DNA from: a virus
Length of the DNA stretch: 64,000 bases
Strand: one strand, 5' to 3'
Virus record (IMG/VR): IMGVR_UViG_3300045988_127579
In this document: positions 12,053 to 25,840 of the stretch, in pieces
Layout of the letters: every line of letters begins with the position of its first letter
Position numbering within the stretch: the first letter of the stretch is position 1
Position numbers and translations under genes: made by a program
Notes under the pieces: model-generated
The model's input: only the letters and a program-made list of their open reading frames with translations
Told to the model about the DNA's origin: nothing
Database searches by the model: none

Positions 12053-15000
12053 TTGGCTGATAATGCACTAAATATTCAAGAAAGTTTATGTCAAGCAATG
12101 AGTATTATTGCCAATTCAAGTGTTGATAAAGTTAAATTTGATAGTACCATTGAATGTACTATTATTGACGCAACTGATAAACTTATTGGTAAGTATAAGG
12201 TCAAAAATGAATCTTATGCGGAATTTTATGCTTATTCCCAAATAACCACTTATAACAAAGGCGATAAAGTGTATGTATAGATTCCAAAAGGAGATTATAA
12301 TAGCACTAAATTTATTGTCGGTAAAAAGACAGATAAAAATGAAAATAAACCATATAATTTTGTCAATCCTTTTAATACTTTTATTGATTTAACTGGTAAT
12401 TTTTTTATTGCCAAAGATAATAATAAAGAAATTTGGAGTATCTTAGCTAATGGTAATGAAGAGGAAATTGAGATTACTCCAAATGGCGGAATTACCTTTA
12501 CTGATGAGCAATAGGGATTTACGCGATTGGGGCTGCGTGCCGATTTCCGCGCCTGGCTTGAAACATTCGGTGTAATAAGTGGTAATTATGGATTAAAAAT
12601 AAATATATATGGTATTAAAGATGATACTGCGGATAATATTAAAAAAATAGAAGCAAGTATCAAAAATAATGGAGAAACCCCTTTAATCGCATCCATTGAT
12701 TTAGATACTAATGACATGTATGGCAATCCCTATAATTTTGAAGGATATTATTCTCAAGAAATTGTTATTGATACTAGCGCAGTAGCTAAAATATATAATA
12801 TAAAAATATTTTTATATCAAAAAGATAATTTTAAAGATAGTAATAATAATTTAATTAGTTATGCCAATGATTTCAATATGTCAATTCCGCCTAATAATAT
12901 CTTTGTAAAAGATATATATATGGGATTAGGTATTTCCGCAGATGAAATAGAAAATGAATATGTAAGACTGTATTCATTAGATGGAAGTACTTATGTAATT
13001 GATGATAAAGGTTAGATTGATTCTAAAACTATTAAATTGAAATGGGTTCATTTTGATGAAGATGGCAATAGAACTCAAATAACTGAACATAAAAAAGAAG
13101 ATACATTTGAAGTTCGCTGGTATGCGTATGAATTTGGAGCACCTTCCGCGGACGAATATTCTGGTGTCTATTGGACTGCGATTGAAGATAATAAAAATAA
13201 TTTTTATTATTAGCTAAAACCGCGCTCTAATAAAAATCAAGAATAGGTTAAAGTAATTATTTTATATAATGGAAAAGTTTATAGAAGTAATATAATTACT
13301 TTTAATAATGAAAAACAAGTTCCTAATGATGCGACTATTGATAGTTTAAATGCTTTGTCTATTCACTGTGAAGATTAGACTAATGGTAATTATTTAATTT
13401 ATAATTAGGCTAATTATTTGATGAATAGATCAGATGGAAAGATTAGTCGTAAATTAACTTTGCATTTTGATTCTAAGACTTATGCTATTAATAATGGTAT
13501 AATTGGTAAAAATTAGGATGGAGAAAGTAAATTAGTTGAAGCTTAGAGAGTAATTTGGCAAATTCCTATTAAAAATACTATGCTTAATTTTGGTATTAAA
13601 GATGATGGAACTGATGCTACTTATAAAGAAATTATTATTGATTTAACTAATGAAAACGTCAATGTTTCTCCTGGAGAATTTTCTTTAAATTATACTATTA
13701 ATACTTTTTATAGTAGTAATAAATCTAATAATACCGTAATTGCTAAAGTAGAAAAAGATGGTATTGTTTATACCTCCATTAAAGATTTCACTTTTGGATA
13801 GGTAGGAACTAATGGCACTGATTGTACTTTGGTAATTGATATGATAGCTCACGAGAATTTAAATAATAAAGTATTTACTGCTATAAAAAGTGGAGTAAGA
13901 GATAATTATACTTTTAGAGCTTAGTTATATGATAATGAAGGTAAAGAAATTACTAATTTTGAAAAATGTAATTGGACTTGGAGTTTTATGGCTGGATCAA
14001 CGGTTAATAATGTTGATTTATAGAATATTAATAATTAGAATTGTGTGTTAAGAGTTAATACTACAAACTCTATAATGAGTAATTTAATTATTTTGTAGGT
14101 AAAATTATCTGGTTGGGGAGACTATGATTTAACTGCTTACTATCCAGTTCCTATTACAACTTTAGATAATACTTATATAAATGGTCCAACAGAGGTAATT
14201 TATTTAAGTAATGGTGAACCTACATTTTCTAAAGAGCCTTATAAATTATTTGTAAATGGCGAAGTAGATGAAATTGCGACTTGGAGTATTTATTCTAGTA
14301 ATTCTAATGATGCTTTTATCGGTAAGATTAATTATAATGAAGATAAAAAAGAGTATAGATTAAGTCCTATGAGTTTTTATGTTGATGGAGTAAGCGTTTA
14401 TGGAGTCCAAGGAAAATAGGGAAATAAGATAGTTTGGACGTAGCCTATTTTAGTATTATAGAATAAATATCCATCTGCTATGGTAAATAAATGGGATGGA
14501 AAATTTTATACTGATGTAGAAAATAATTTTTTAGGTGTAGCTTAGATTGCTGCAGGTAAAAAAGATAAAAATGCTAATACTTTTACCGGAGTATTAATAG
14601 GTGATTTTGGAACAAAACAAAATGCAGATTCAAGTATTTCTTATAATACTGGGGTTTATGGATATAATAATGGATATCAAGTTTATGCTTTAAAAGATGA
14701 CGGAACTGCTACTTTTGGTAAATCTAGCACAGGATAGATTATAATTAATGGAACTTCAAGTATTATAGAATCTAAAGATTTTGAATATACTTATAATGAG
14801 TCTGGAGCTAGTGTAATAACAGGGTTAAGTTTAGATTTATTAAATGGTAAAATTTATGCTTAGTCTGGTACTTTTAGTGATAATATTAAAATTAATTATA
14901 ATGGTTCTACGGGATAGCCTTGGTATATTTAGTATGGAGCGGGAGAAAAATCATTAAGTGATATATTAAATGCAATTGGTAGCGCTGCTGCTGAAGCTAA

Positions 15001-15370
15001 AAGTGCCGCTAGTGCGGCGGGGGCTGCTGCTACTAAAGCTCAATAGGCAGCAGATGCAGCCGCGGATGTAGCGGAAACAGCTGCTTCAATTTCTATAGTA
15101 GCTAGCAATGCTGCGTCTAATGCATAGAGTGCGGTAGATGATTTAAGTTATTTATCAAAAATTTTGAATTATAAAAATAGTAGTAATATTTATTTAGGTC
15201 CTTCTGTTGAATATTCTTCTACTCCCAATTTAACTATTTTTAATGGCACAATTGGCTTAATGGGAGGAACTGGTAATTATCTTAATGTGACTGATAGGTC
15301 TATCTATTTACAAGGTCCCGTTGTAATAAATGGTTCATTGACTCTCAATGGAAAAGAAATAACAGGTTAA
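12053..15370 (+). CDS. large tail/baseplate protein (about 1105 aa), possibly an extended distal tail protein; TAG-recoded
   Basis: RBS AAAGGAGGG + TTG 12053. Frame 2 links ORFs 12053, 12527, 13580 and 15164 through about 30 TAGs with no TAA/TGA until TAA 15368-15370. The C-terminus is Ala-rich and coiled. Confidence 0.7.
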
Positions 15371-15392
15371 ATTAAAAAGGAGAAAAAGGAAA

Positions 15393-15569
15393 ATGAAAGA
15401 ACAAGATATTAATTTTTTAAAAGTTTTATACAATACTCTTTCTTTAGTATCAACTAAAGGAGAAGATACTATTCTTATGGGAGAGTGTTTAAAACAATTA
15501 AGAGATTTTACAAATAGATTAGTAGATCTTCAAGAGGAGAAGAATAACGAGAATAATTAGGAGGGATAA
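15393..15569 (+). CDS. small hypothetical protein (58 aa)
   Basis: RBS AAAAAGGAGA; ATG 15393; one TAG; ends TAA. Confidence 0.4.
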
Positions 15570-15570
15570 A

Positions 15571-18462
15571 ATGGTTAATAAATTATATCCACCTATTATA
15601 TCTGGAACTTTACCAGCATTTGTTGGATAGGAAATTACTATTCCATTTCAAATGAATCGTGCAGTTAGTATGGTAGAAGTTTCAGGATTATGTTATATAA
15701 TTAAAACAGTGTCAAGCAATGTCGTAATTGCTTAGGGAACAACCGCGGATTTTACTCCAAGCAAAGTCCGCGGTTGTTTGGAACAAGGTTCTATTACTTT
15801 TAATATAAATCTTAAATCAATTACTAATAATGGAAAACCTATTCAATATAAATTAAATCCAGGATAGTCTTACAAAATTCAGTTAGCATATATTAATACT
15901 AATGGAGTAGTTGGATATTATTCTACGGTTGGTATTGCTAAATGCACGACTAAGCCCGCAGTTTATATAAAAGGTTTTGAAGATAATTTAGTAGGAATAA
16001 ATAAAACAAATTTTATTGGAGTATATAGCCAAAAAGAAAAAAATGATGATATTACTGAAAAAGTTTATTCATATAGATTTAAAGTGTATGATGAAAATGG
16101 TAATATTTTTGCTGATAGTGGAGAGCAATTACATAATTCAATTAATGACACGGAATTAAATGAAAGTTATGATAGTTTTGAATTAAATAAAGAATTACAA
16201 AAAAATAAAAATTATTTTATTCAATATTCTATAACTACTATTAATAACTATGAAGCAGAGAGTGTTAGATACCAAATCATTAATAGAGAAACTATTAATC
16301 CAGAATTACAAGCAACCCTTTCCGCTACTATGGATGAAAATAATGGATATGTAAAAATTAATTTAAATGGAATCCGCGATAAAAAAACAGGGTTAGAAAT
16401 TCCTGCTACTGGGGCTTTTGCTTTATTAAGAGCCAGTAGCGAAGATGATTTCAATACTTGGAATACAGTATTAAAATTTAAATTAGTTGGTGAAACTCCA
16501 TCAAGAGAATTATATAGAGATTTTACTGTCGAGCATGGGTTTAGTTATCAATATGCGGTTCAGCAATATAGCGACGAAACTGCGGTCCGCAGCAATAAAA
16601 TCTTTTCTAATACTGTATATAGTATTTTTGAAGATAGTTTTTTATATAATAATGGATAGTTATTAAAAATAAGATTTAATCCAAAAGTAAGCAATTTTAA
16701 AATTAATACCCTTGAAAGTAAAACTGATACTATTGGAAGCCAATATCCTTATATTTTTAGGAATGGAAATACTTATTATCACGAATTTCCTATAAGTGGT
16801 TTAATTTCTTACCTTATGGATGAAGACCATTTATTTATAGGTAAATTAGGCGATGATGAAATTAAAGATTTTACATCAACTGATTTAACTAACTATAATA
16901 TTAATATAGAACGTCAATTTAAAACTAAGGCTTTAGAATTTTTAACTGATGGAGAACCTAAATTATTTAAATCTCCAACAGAAGGAAACTTTATTGTGCG
17001 TTTGTTAAATGTAAGTTTAAGCCCTGAAGATAAATTAGGACGTATGCTTCATACATTTAGTGGAACTGCATATGAGATTGATAAAGTTAGTTTTGATAAT
17101 CTTACTACTTATGGATTTATTGACGCGGACCCGCCCGAGAGCGAAATTCTTAAATGGGATAGTATTTCTTTTGATGGATGGTATAAAATTAATGGGTATA
17201 TTAATGATGTAAATACCTATATTGATAATTTGAAAGATGAAAATCTGACTTAGGTAGAAATTAATAAATTACAAGCAAATAAACAAACTTGTTTAGATAA
17301 TTTATTACAAACATTAAGTTTTTATCCTATGTTTGAATTACTTTATGACGGAGATCATTATAGTTTATAGACCAAAGATATTTTAGCTAATTCTCCTGCG
17401 ATAACGATTCGATTTGAAGGTTTTGCTCCTGGAGATAAGTTCAGCATTGATGGAGAAGAAATTGTTATTGGTATTACAGGAGCTTATTTAATAGATCATG
17501 TTGCTCCAATCTATAGTGTTAAAGTAGTAGAATTATCTGACGTGGGCTTATAGCAAGGAACTATTGTATATTCTTATTATGGCAAGCAGGCAAGTAAGTT
17601 TGATACTATTAATGATATTCAAGTTGCGGATTTGCCTTTAGAGCAATATTATGGAACTGAAGGTAATATTTTAAATCTTTATAATGATGATTTTAAATAC
17701 AAAGTAACATAGATTTATTTCTTGCGTTTTACTAAGCGTGATGTATAGAAATTATATACAAGTAATAAAGTTAATTTTTATACTACTCCCGGCAGAGCAA
17801 TTAGTGAAGAAGAAGGAGAAAAAGATCATTCTGTAGAAATTAAACGTGTAGATTTTGATCCTACCTTAATTTATCATATCTATTTAGTAAGTCAAACTGA
17901 AGAACAAGATTACTATATTGATGGATATACTAAGAAAGAAATTTATGATTCTGGCGTATTAGTTAGTGAAAAGAATTGGGCTTGTAATATTAGAATAAAT
18001 GAAGATGATAAACAAATTATTGGTATTGATTAGAAGAATGAATATTAGATTAAAGACTTAACTGATATTACTTCTATTGAAATCGATCCAGGCGTTTTAT
18101 GCGAATTATCAGTTCAACGTCAAGAAGTAGTTTACTCTTTTGAAAATGATAATCAAACTACTTATAGAATTTTTAATGGTTAGAATTATACTACAACTAC
18201 AATTTATCAATTAAAGCAAAATTGGTTAAGGGCTAAGAAGGCTTTAAAAGATTTTAAAGAATTAGAGCAAGATAAAAGCAATCCTGATTTTACTAAAGAT
18301 GATCCATTTTATAATGTAAATTAGAGTAATATTTAGACTTGTATAAAAAATTATAATAATAAAGTAGCAGAATTACAAAAGATAGTTGATGAAACATATA
18401 CTTTATTTATTGATACTTTAAGAAAGGCGGTAGAGGATTATGAAGACTCAAAGACAATATGA
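15571..18462 (+). CDS. large tail/baseplate protein (about 963 aa), TAG-recoded
   Basis: RBS AGGAGGG; ATG 15571. Frame 1 links ORFs 16084 and 16816 and continues to TGA 18460-18462, overlapping the next gene's start. Confidence 0.7.
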
Positions 18463-20746
18463 TACCGACTTTCTTAAAAAATTAGACGAATTTAAACATA
18501 AAGTAGTTTATGCTCGTATTGAGCTATTAACATTTGATGAATTGCCAATAGAGAGTATAGAAGGCAAGATAACCAGCGGATCGATTAATATTGATGGAAC
18601 ATCTGCGGTCCGCAGGTCTTGTTCCCTTACTATGATGACTAATGAGAAATTATATAGACAATATTCTTGGGGTTTAAATTCTAAATTTAGTTTAGCTATT
18701 GGATTAGAAAATAAGATTGATAGTAAATATCCAGATATTATTTGGTTTAATCAAGGTATTTATTTAATTACTTCTTTTAATACTTCTCAAAGTGCTAGCT
18801 CATATAGCATTTCTATTCAAGGTAAAGACAAAATGTGTTTATTAAATGGAGATTTGGGAGGAGATTTACCTGCTTCTATAGATTTTGGATAGGAAGAAGT
18901 AATTACTTATACTTATAATAAACAAGATAATATAACCAAAGATAACTATATAAAAGGTAAATATTGCTATATTGTCAATAGTGAGGAAGAAGCTAAGAAA
19001 CATAACGTTTATTATATTTCTACTTAGAATAAACAAACCACTTATTACGTTTTAGATGAAGAAGAATTTAGTAATAGAGAATACTATTTAAGAGAAAGTT
19101 ATTTAAATTTAATTCAAATTCCTATTTAGACTATTATTAAAAAACTTCTTACAGTTTATGGCAAAGAAAAAGAAAGTAATATAGTTATTAATGATTTAGA
19201 TCAATATGGTTATGAATTATTGGCTAATAAATGTGATGAAACTATGTATTTTTTTAAAGACGCGCAAACTAATAGAATAGTTAATGCTTCAATAGGGACA
19301 TTGCCAGATTTATTAGATATAAATAATGTAAAAATAACTGATACAAGCAATATTAAATTTGATAATTTAGATAGTAATAAATTATTAGATGATGCCCCTA
19401 AACCAACTAAAGTAAGATTAGTAAATAATGGGACTATTTATACTATTGTAAGTCGAACAACTAATGAAACAGTTGGTTATCGTATTTGTGATTTGGTTTA
19501 CGCTGGAGATCTTATCACCAGTGTTGGTGAAAATGTGGCTAGCGTGTTAGACAAAATTAAAAATATGTTAAGTTGTTTTGAATATTATTATGATATAGAT
19601 GGTAGATTTATTTTCCAAAGAAAGAAATTTTATGAATATTAGTCTTGGACTAGTATAGTGAATAATTCTAATGGAGATAGTTATATTGAGCCTGCAGTTT
19701 ATTCTTCATCTTCAATTTATTCATTTAGAGACGGATAGACAATTATTTCTTTTAACAACACTCCACAGATTGCTAATTTAAGAAATGATTTTTCTATTTG
19801 GGGATAGAGAGAAAGTGCGAGTGGTGCTGAGATTCCTATTCATCTAAGATACGCGATAGACCAAAAGCCTATTTAGTATACTACGATTATTGTAAATGAT
19901 AATGATATAAATAGATATAAATCTACAATGTATAATAATGATATTTTTGATACTATGAATCCGCAATTAGAACAAAAAACTTATAAAAATAAGTGGTATC
20001 GAAGTGAAAATGAACCAGGAGTTATTTATTGCGATTGGCGCGAAGTTCTATATCGTATGGCTGTAGATTATTATCAATATAATTATGCAGATGATTTTAC
20101 CAGTAAAGTGGCGACCGCGAATCCTGACCTCTATCCTTCTGGAATAACTGGTTATGAGACTTATTATGTAGATTTATTCTCCTTTTGGAGAGATATTTAT
20201 GATTATGATAAATTAGATTTCAAGGAAGAAGTAAAAAATAATCCTGAGAATTTAAATTTTTGGTTTGATTTTATTGGGGAAGAAAATGCGGACATTGCTA
20301 AATATTCAGTCCAATTAATTGGAGATAGAACAAAAGCAATTAATGATACTAATGTAAAAGTTATATGTTATAGAGATACACCTGATGTATTATTTATGAC
20401 ATAGACAGATTATGATTCTATTATTTAGAATAATTATCCAACAGAAAGTGGGTATATTTGGATTAATATTCCTTCTGGATATGATAATTATTTTAAAATT
20501 AGTTCTAAAGGTAAGAGTGCGGTTGATGAAATTGAAGATTTACTTTATACAACAGCCTATTGTACGGAAAGCGTTTCAATTTCTACTATTCCAGTTTATT
20601 ATTTAGAGCCTAATAATAGAATTTATATTGAAGATAAAAGAAGTGGCGTTGAAGGAGAATATTTAGTTAATAAAATAACTATTCCATTAACTTATAATGG
20701 TTCAATGTCTATTAGTGCCACCAAAGCAATATCAAGAGTATATTAA
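18440..20746 (+). CDS. tail/baseplate protein (about 768 aa), TAG-recoded
   Basis: RBS GAGG; ATG 18440. Frame 2 links ORFs 18440, 19220 and 19928 to TAA 20744-20746. Confidence 0.7.
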
Positions 20747-20759
20747 GGAGGACCACTAA

Positions 20760-21104
20760 ATGGCAAGAAAGATAAGACAAATTCGTTATTATGGTGAAGG
20801 TCTTAATTCTAAGAACTATCCAAGTGATGTTAATATGAGTAAATTAATTACAGGAACCGCATTTAAAAATAATAACCAAAATGTATTAATTACTCAATTA
20901 GGTATTTAGACTTTGCCAGGAACGAAATTTTATTTAAATGATAGCGCTAATGCTATTATTGTTGGAAATACTGGTATTTATGAATTAGATTTAGAAGGTA
21001 TTTCTACTATTAATTTGATTAAATTTGATAGAAGCTCTATGAATTTGATTAATCAAAATCAAGAAGCATATCTTATTATAGATTATTTATTTGAGGAGGG
21101 TTGA
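20760..21104 (+). CDS. small structural protein (114 aa), one TAG
   Basis: RBS AAGGAGG; ATG 20760; frame 3 continues through ORF 20913 to TGA 21102-21104. Confidence 0.6.
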
Positions 21105-23377
21105 TAATGGGTTTTTATGGTAATATAACTAATACTTCAAAAACAACCTTTACTTTTGATAAAATTTACAGTAATAGACTTCAAATGGATAATAGCTGTA
21201 CGAGTGATGGTATATTTTTAGGACGCTATGTTTTAGTTGAATATGGTCTTCCCGCCACTCAATATTTAGTAGGATATCTTGATAATAAAATTATGTATGA
21301 TGATCCTTCTGATAGAAGTGATTCTCATATTATTTTATGTGAGAATGGAAAATTAGTAAAAGTTAAAAGAAGCAACCAATGGTATTTATATGTGGGAAAT
21401 ATAACCGCGAGTGGGGTTAAAGAGTGGAAATATCTCACTAGAATTACTAATGACAGAGTTGATGATGAATAGTATAATTTAAATTATCAAATAGATTATC
21501 CTGTTTATGGTCGTGGCTATGATTCTACAGTTTGGATAAAACAATACATCAATAATCAAGAGACTTATGTTTAGATTGCTGAATTAAATACTGTTGTTCC
21601 TAATTTTTCAATTTACCCACTACTTCCTCAAGATCCCTATGTCGCAGTTGATGATAGTAATATCGTATATTAGCCAGGTAAGTATTATTATTATGATGAA
21701 ACTGATAGTCATTATAAATTAGATAATAATGATACTAAAACCGAGGGGCGCGTTTACTATTTAGAAAGTGAACTTGGACCTGCGATAACTACAGATCAAA
21801 GTAGCACAAATTTACTTTATAAATTAAGAGTTCCTACTAATTTCCAGCTTGATTTAGACGATAATAATATTTATTATAATAAAGAAGGATTTAGTAAGAC
21901 AAAACATTTTCGTGATGATAAAACAGAAAATACTATTAATTATAAATTAAGTTAGTCAGGATATAGATTTTACTATAATGTAGAATAGGATAATGTTGTT
22001 GGTGAGCCGATCGAAGATGGCTACGACCGCAAATCTCTCGTTGTAAAACTTCCTGCTCTTGGTAATGCGGTATGCGACACTTATGATTTGCTTTACGGTC
22101 AAAATCGCAATGATTCTGCTACCAATTTTGATAAAACTAACATTAAAGGTGCTTTAAATACTCTTAATAGAAAAATGAACTTAGATAAATTAGATACTAA
22201 TAAACTTATTTATTTTTCTACTGAGACTGATAATAATATTAATGATAATTATATGAAGTCTGCGACTATCAAAGGAGATAATTTGATTTCAGTAGATGCT
22301 AATATTGAGAAGAATAACGGAGTTATTAAAGTTACTCATAATAATTTAGATGTAAACAAAGCATCAAAAAGTTATGGTAAAGATGTTGATTTTAGTACTT
22401 TTGGTTCTTCTATTACTTTACCTAAATTATTTACTGATAAAGCGGGACATATTGTAAAAGAAGAAACATTTTCAGTTAGTATTCCAAAAGGCTCTTATAC
22501 TAATACTAAAGAAGGTAATGTTTTTACTTCTTTAAGTTTCACTGGTACTACTGGAGCTTTAAGTAGTGAGAAATCTTATTTAGGAACTTTAGCATTAGGT
22601 GAAGGGTATATTATTAACAATAAATTAAATACTATTACTAAAGACACAACTCTTAATGATAGTATTAGTAAATTGATTGATAATAGTGATAGTAAATATA
22701 ATACTTTATTAGGTCAATCTAATAATAATTTTGGTAAAGATATTATCCCGACTCTTTATGGGTTAAGATAGGGGATTAATGCTGATAGAGATAATATTAG
22801 TAATTTAAGCGGTAAAATTGATGTATTAAATGGAACTGTATCTACAACAAATTCAGTTGCTTATAGCATTAAATAGGCTATTGATAAATTAGATAAAGCT
22901 GATAATAAAGTAGATAAACAATTCGTTACGGCGGTAGAAGAAAAAGATGGTTTAATAACTGTTTCAAGAAGCGCTTTACAAGAAAGTGATTTACCTATTA
23001 CTTTTGATGGAACTTATAGTAGTAGTAATAAAGTTGCTACTATGAGTAGTTTAAATACTTTAAAAACTAATCTTTTAGGTGGCTATACTGGCACATTAGC
23101 TGATATAAATACTTTAGCAAGTGGCAAATTAAATGAAGGCGCGGTCCGCGGCCTTACATACAATGCGACTTCTGGAAATAATGGAGCTAAAACAATAGCA
23201 GAGATGTTTGATTTAATTGTAGAATTATAGAATAAAAATACATAGTTAAATACAACTATCAAAGCCCTATAGGATAAAGATATTGAATTAAATAATTTAA
23301 TTATTGGATTAAGAACTGATGTTGATGCTTTAAAAAATAGCTCAAATAATACTGATACTCCATCTGAAACAACTTAA
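21101..23377 (+). CDS. tail fibre / baseplate protein (about 758 aa), TAG-recoded
   Basis: ATGA overlap with the previous gene. Frame 2 links ORFs 21101, 22088 and 23042 to TAA 23375-23377; followed by a terminator. Confidence 0.7.
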
Positions 23378-23384
23378 TTTAAAT

Positions 23385-23418
23385 AAGGGTTTGGTCTTAA
23401 TAGGCCAAACCCTTTTAG
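23385..23418 (+). terminator. rho-independent terminator
   Basis: Stem AAGGGTTTGG / CCAAACCCTT followed by TTTT. Confidence 0.65.
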
Positions 23419-23464
23419 TATTGATTAAAAAGATTTTATAAATAATAGAAAGGAGTCGATTATC

Positions 23465-24046
23465 TTGCCTAATACATTAAATAAATATGTAAAATTTGTC
23501 AGAGGTTCTAAAACCGCTTTTGAAAATTTAGGGAATAGAAGAGACAATGATACTTTATATTTTATTTATGGGAAAAATGATTCTTCTGGAGAACTTTATT
23601 TAGGTAGTCGTCTAATTTGCGGTGGAATTAGTTCCGCGGGTAAGTTAAGCGATTTAAGTGATATTGTTCTCAATGAAGTTAAAACAAATCAAGTTTTAAT
23701 TTATGATGAAGAACAAAAGAAATGGGTTAATTAGGGTTTAGAAAATAATGAGACTTTAATTAATTCTATTGTTGAAAAATTATCTACAGAAGAAAATTTA
23801 GCTAAATTAGCTCCTGTTTTTAAGGGCACAGTTCCAGGGTTAGTTCCAGTTTCTTTACATGAAACTAAAGGAAAGCATATTCTTACCGATGCAGGTACAT
23901 GGATTGATATGCCAGTAGGAACATTAACTTAGGGAGATATTGAAACAATTAATATAGCTAATAAATATTTAGTAGATAAAGGTCCTGATAATTTGGTAAC
24001 TCGTGTTGAAGCAGTCGAACAAACTGTTTCTTGGGCTGATATTTAA
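23465..24046 (+). CDS. short tail-fibre-family protein (about 193 aa) carrying the shared N-terminal fibre anchor motif
   Basis: RBS GAAAGGAG; TTG start; frame 2 to TAA 24044-24046. The N-terminus (FVRGSKTAFENL...DTLYFIYG) resembles the N-termini of genes 24061, 25841 and 36274. Confidence 0.6.
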
Positions 24047-24060
24047 AGGAGTGAAAAAGA

Positions 24061-25722
24061 TTGAACGTTAAGTTTTTAAAAGGTTCTCAAGCCGAATTCG
24101 AAAAAGTGGCAGGTAGATATAAACCTGGTGCATTTTATTTAGTAATTAATGATAATAAGTCCGCAGAGGATTATAAAAAACCAAGTCGTCTTTACTATGG
24201 TGTAGATGAAAATAATTGCGTTCCTGTAAATTAGGGTATTAATGTAGTTGATACTACAGCAGGTTTACCTCAAAGTTTTAACCAAAATACAGCAGGCGAA
24301 TTTTATTATGTAAAAGATAAAAATATTTTATGTATTAACAATGGTAAAGGCTGGATTCAAACAAATACTGATACTGTTTTGGATACTGATAAGAAAAATA
24401 GTAATGTGTCAGTAAATACCAGCCCTAATAATGCTAACGGGGCTTCTATAACTAATACTATTGCTGATAGTAGCGGTAATGTTATTACTGAGACTTATGA
24501 TATTGTTGGTAGTGATTATATTCAAGTTGAAGTAATTCCTGCGACCGATAATAAAGGTGTAGACACTGTTAAATTAAGTTTAAAAGGAGTTAATTATCAA
24601 TTAAGTTCTTCTTTAAATAAAAAAACTTTAAATGTTAATCTAAAAAATGAAGATAAAGATGCGGGTAATTTTAATATTATTGCTGGTAGTAATGTCAATA
24701 TTGCTGAAAGTTCTGCGGGTAATTATACTTTAAGTGTCGATAAAGCAGTTAATGATATTAACATAATTAATCACGCTACTGGTACTGGTTTTACTGCTTC
24801 TATTAGCGGCCCTGGCGTTGAAGGAGCTAGTAATAGCACAACTTTATCTGCTGATATTGATCCAGAAATTGCTTTAGAAGGTAAGGACGGTAGCTATAAA
24901 TTTAAAGATGGTGTTTTAACTCTTCCAGTTTATAGTAAGCAAGACATTGATAATCAGCTTAGAACGATCAATGCTATGGTTTTCCGTGGCGGATTCCAAA
25001 TTAAAGATGGAGCCATTATCTATGATAGTTCTGATATTACTGAAATTGCTGAAGGTAATACCTTTATTTATACTGGCGCTGAAGATACTCTTTGGAACGG
25101 CCATTATTTACGTCCTGGGGATTTAATTATCGCTTCTGGTAAAGAGGTTGATGGAGTTATTACTAGCACTATTAACTGGACTTATGTTCCTTCTGCTGAT
25201 GATCCTGTTACCGAGGTTGAAGGAGCTAAAGATGAGAGCACTACTGGTTTTATTATTAAACTTGGTCCTACCAAAGAACTTTTAGAGTATGCTCTTAAAG
25301 GCGAAAATGGTATCACTTTAGAGACGAAAGTTATAAAAGATCCAAGTAATAACCCTACAAATTCTAAAGAAGTTACTATTAAACATAGTAATACTTTAAC
25401 TGTAAATGCTCCAGTCTCTCAAGATTATGCTGATGAGTAGACTATTGTTATCAATGAACCAACTGAAATTGATGCTCAAGGACATGTAGTAAAATCTACT
25501 CAAAAGACTTTTACAGTAAAAAATACTCATCAAGAGATTACTAATGCAGATTATACAGTAAATGGTACTGATACTTTAATTCCTAATCTTAAAGTTGCCG
25601 GTGCTGATCTTGAAGGTAAACCACTTGTTTTCGCTAGTGACAGCTTAAAGGTTAATGTTTCTGCGGCGACTACTACTAACGATGCAAAAGTTAGTTTTGA
25701 GTTAGAGTGGGGAACATTCTAA
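24061..25722 (+). CDS. tail fibre protein (about 553 aa), TAG-recoded
   Basis: RBS AAAGGAG; TTG 24061. Frame 1 continues into ORF 24379 and on to TAA 25720-25722. It carries the shared N-terminal motif (FLKGSQAEFEKV...GAFYLV). Confidence 0.7.
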
Positions 25723-25781
25723 GGGCAATACTATTTAATAATAAATATAATTTTTTCTATTTTATATAGAAGAATGTTTTT

Positions 25782-25822
25782 ATGGGGAAAGATGAAATAT
25801 TCTTTCCCCATATTTTTTTTAG
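25782..25822 (+). terminator. rho-independent terminator
   Basis: Stem ATGGGGAAAGA / TCTTTCCCCAT followed by ATTTTTTTT. Confidence 0.7.
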
Positions 25823-25840
25823 GATAGAAAGGAGTAAATT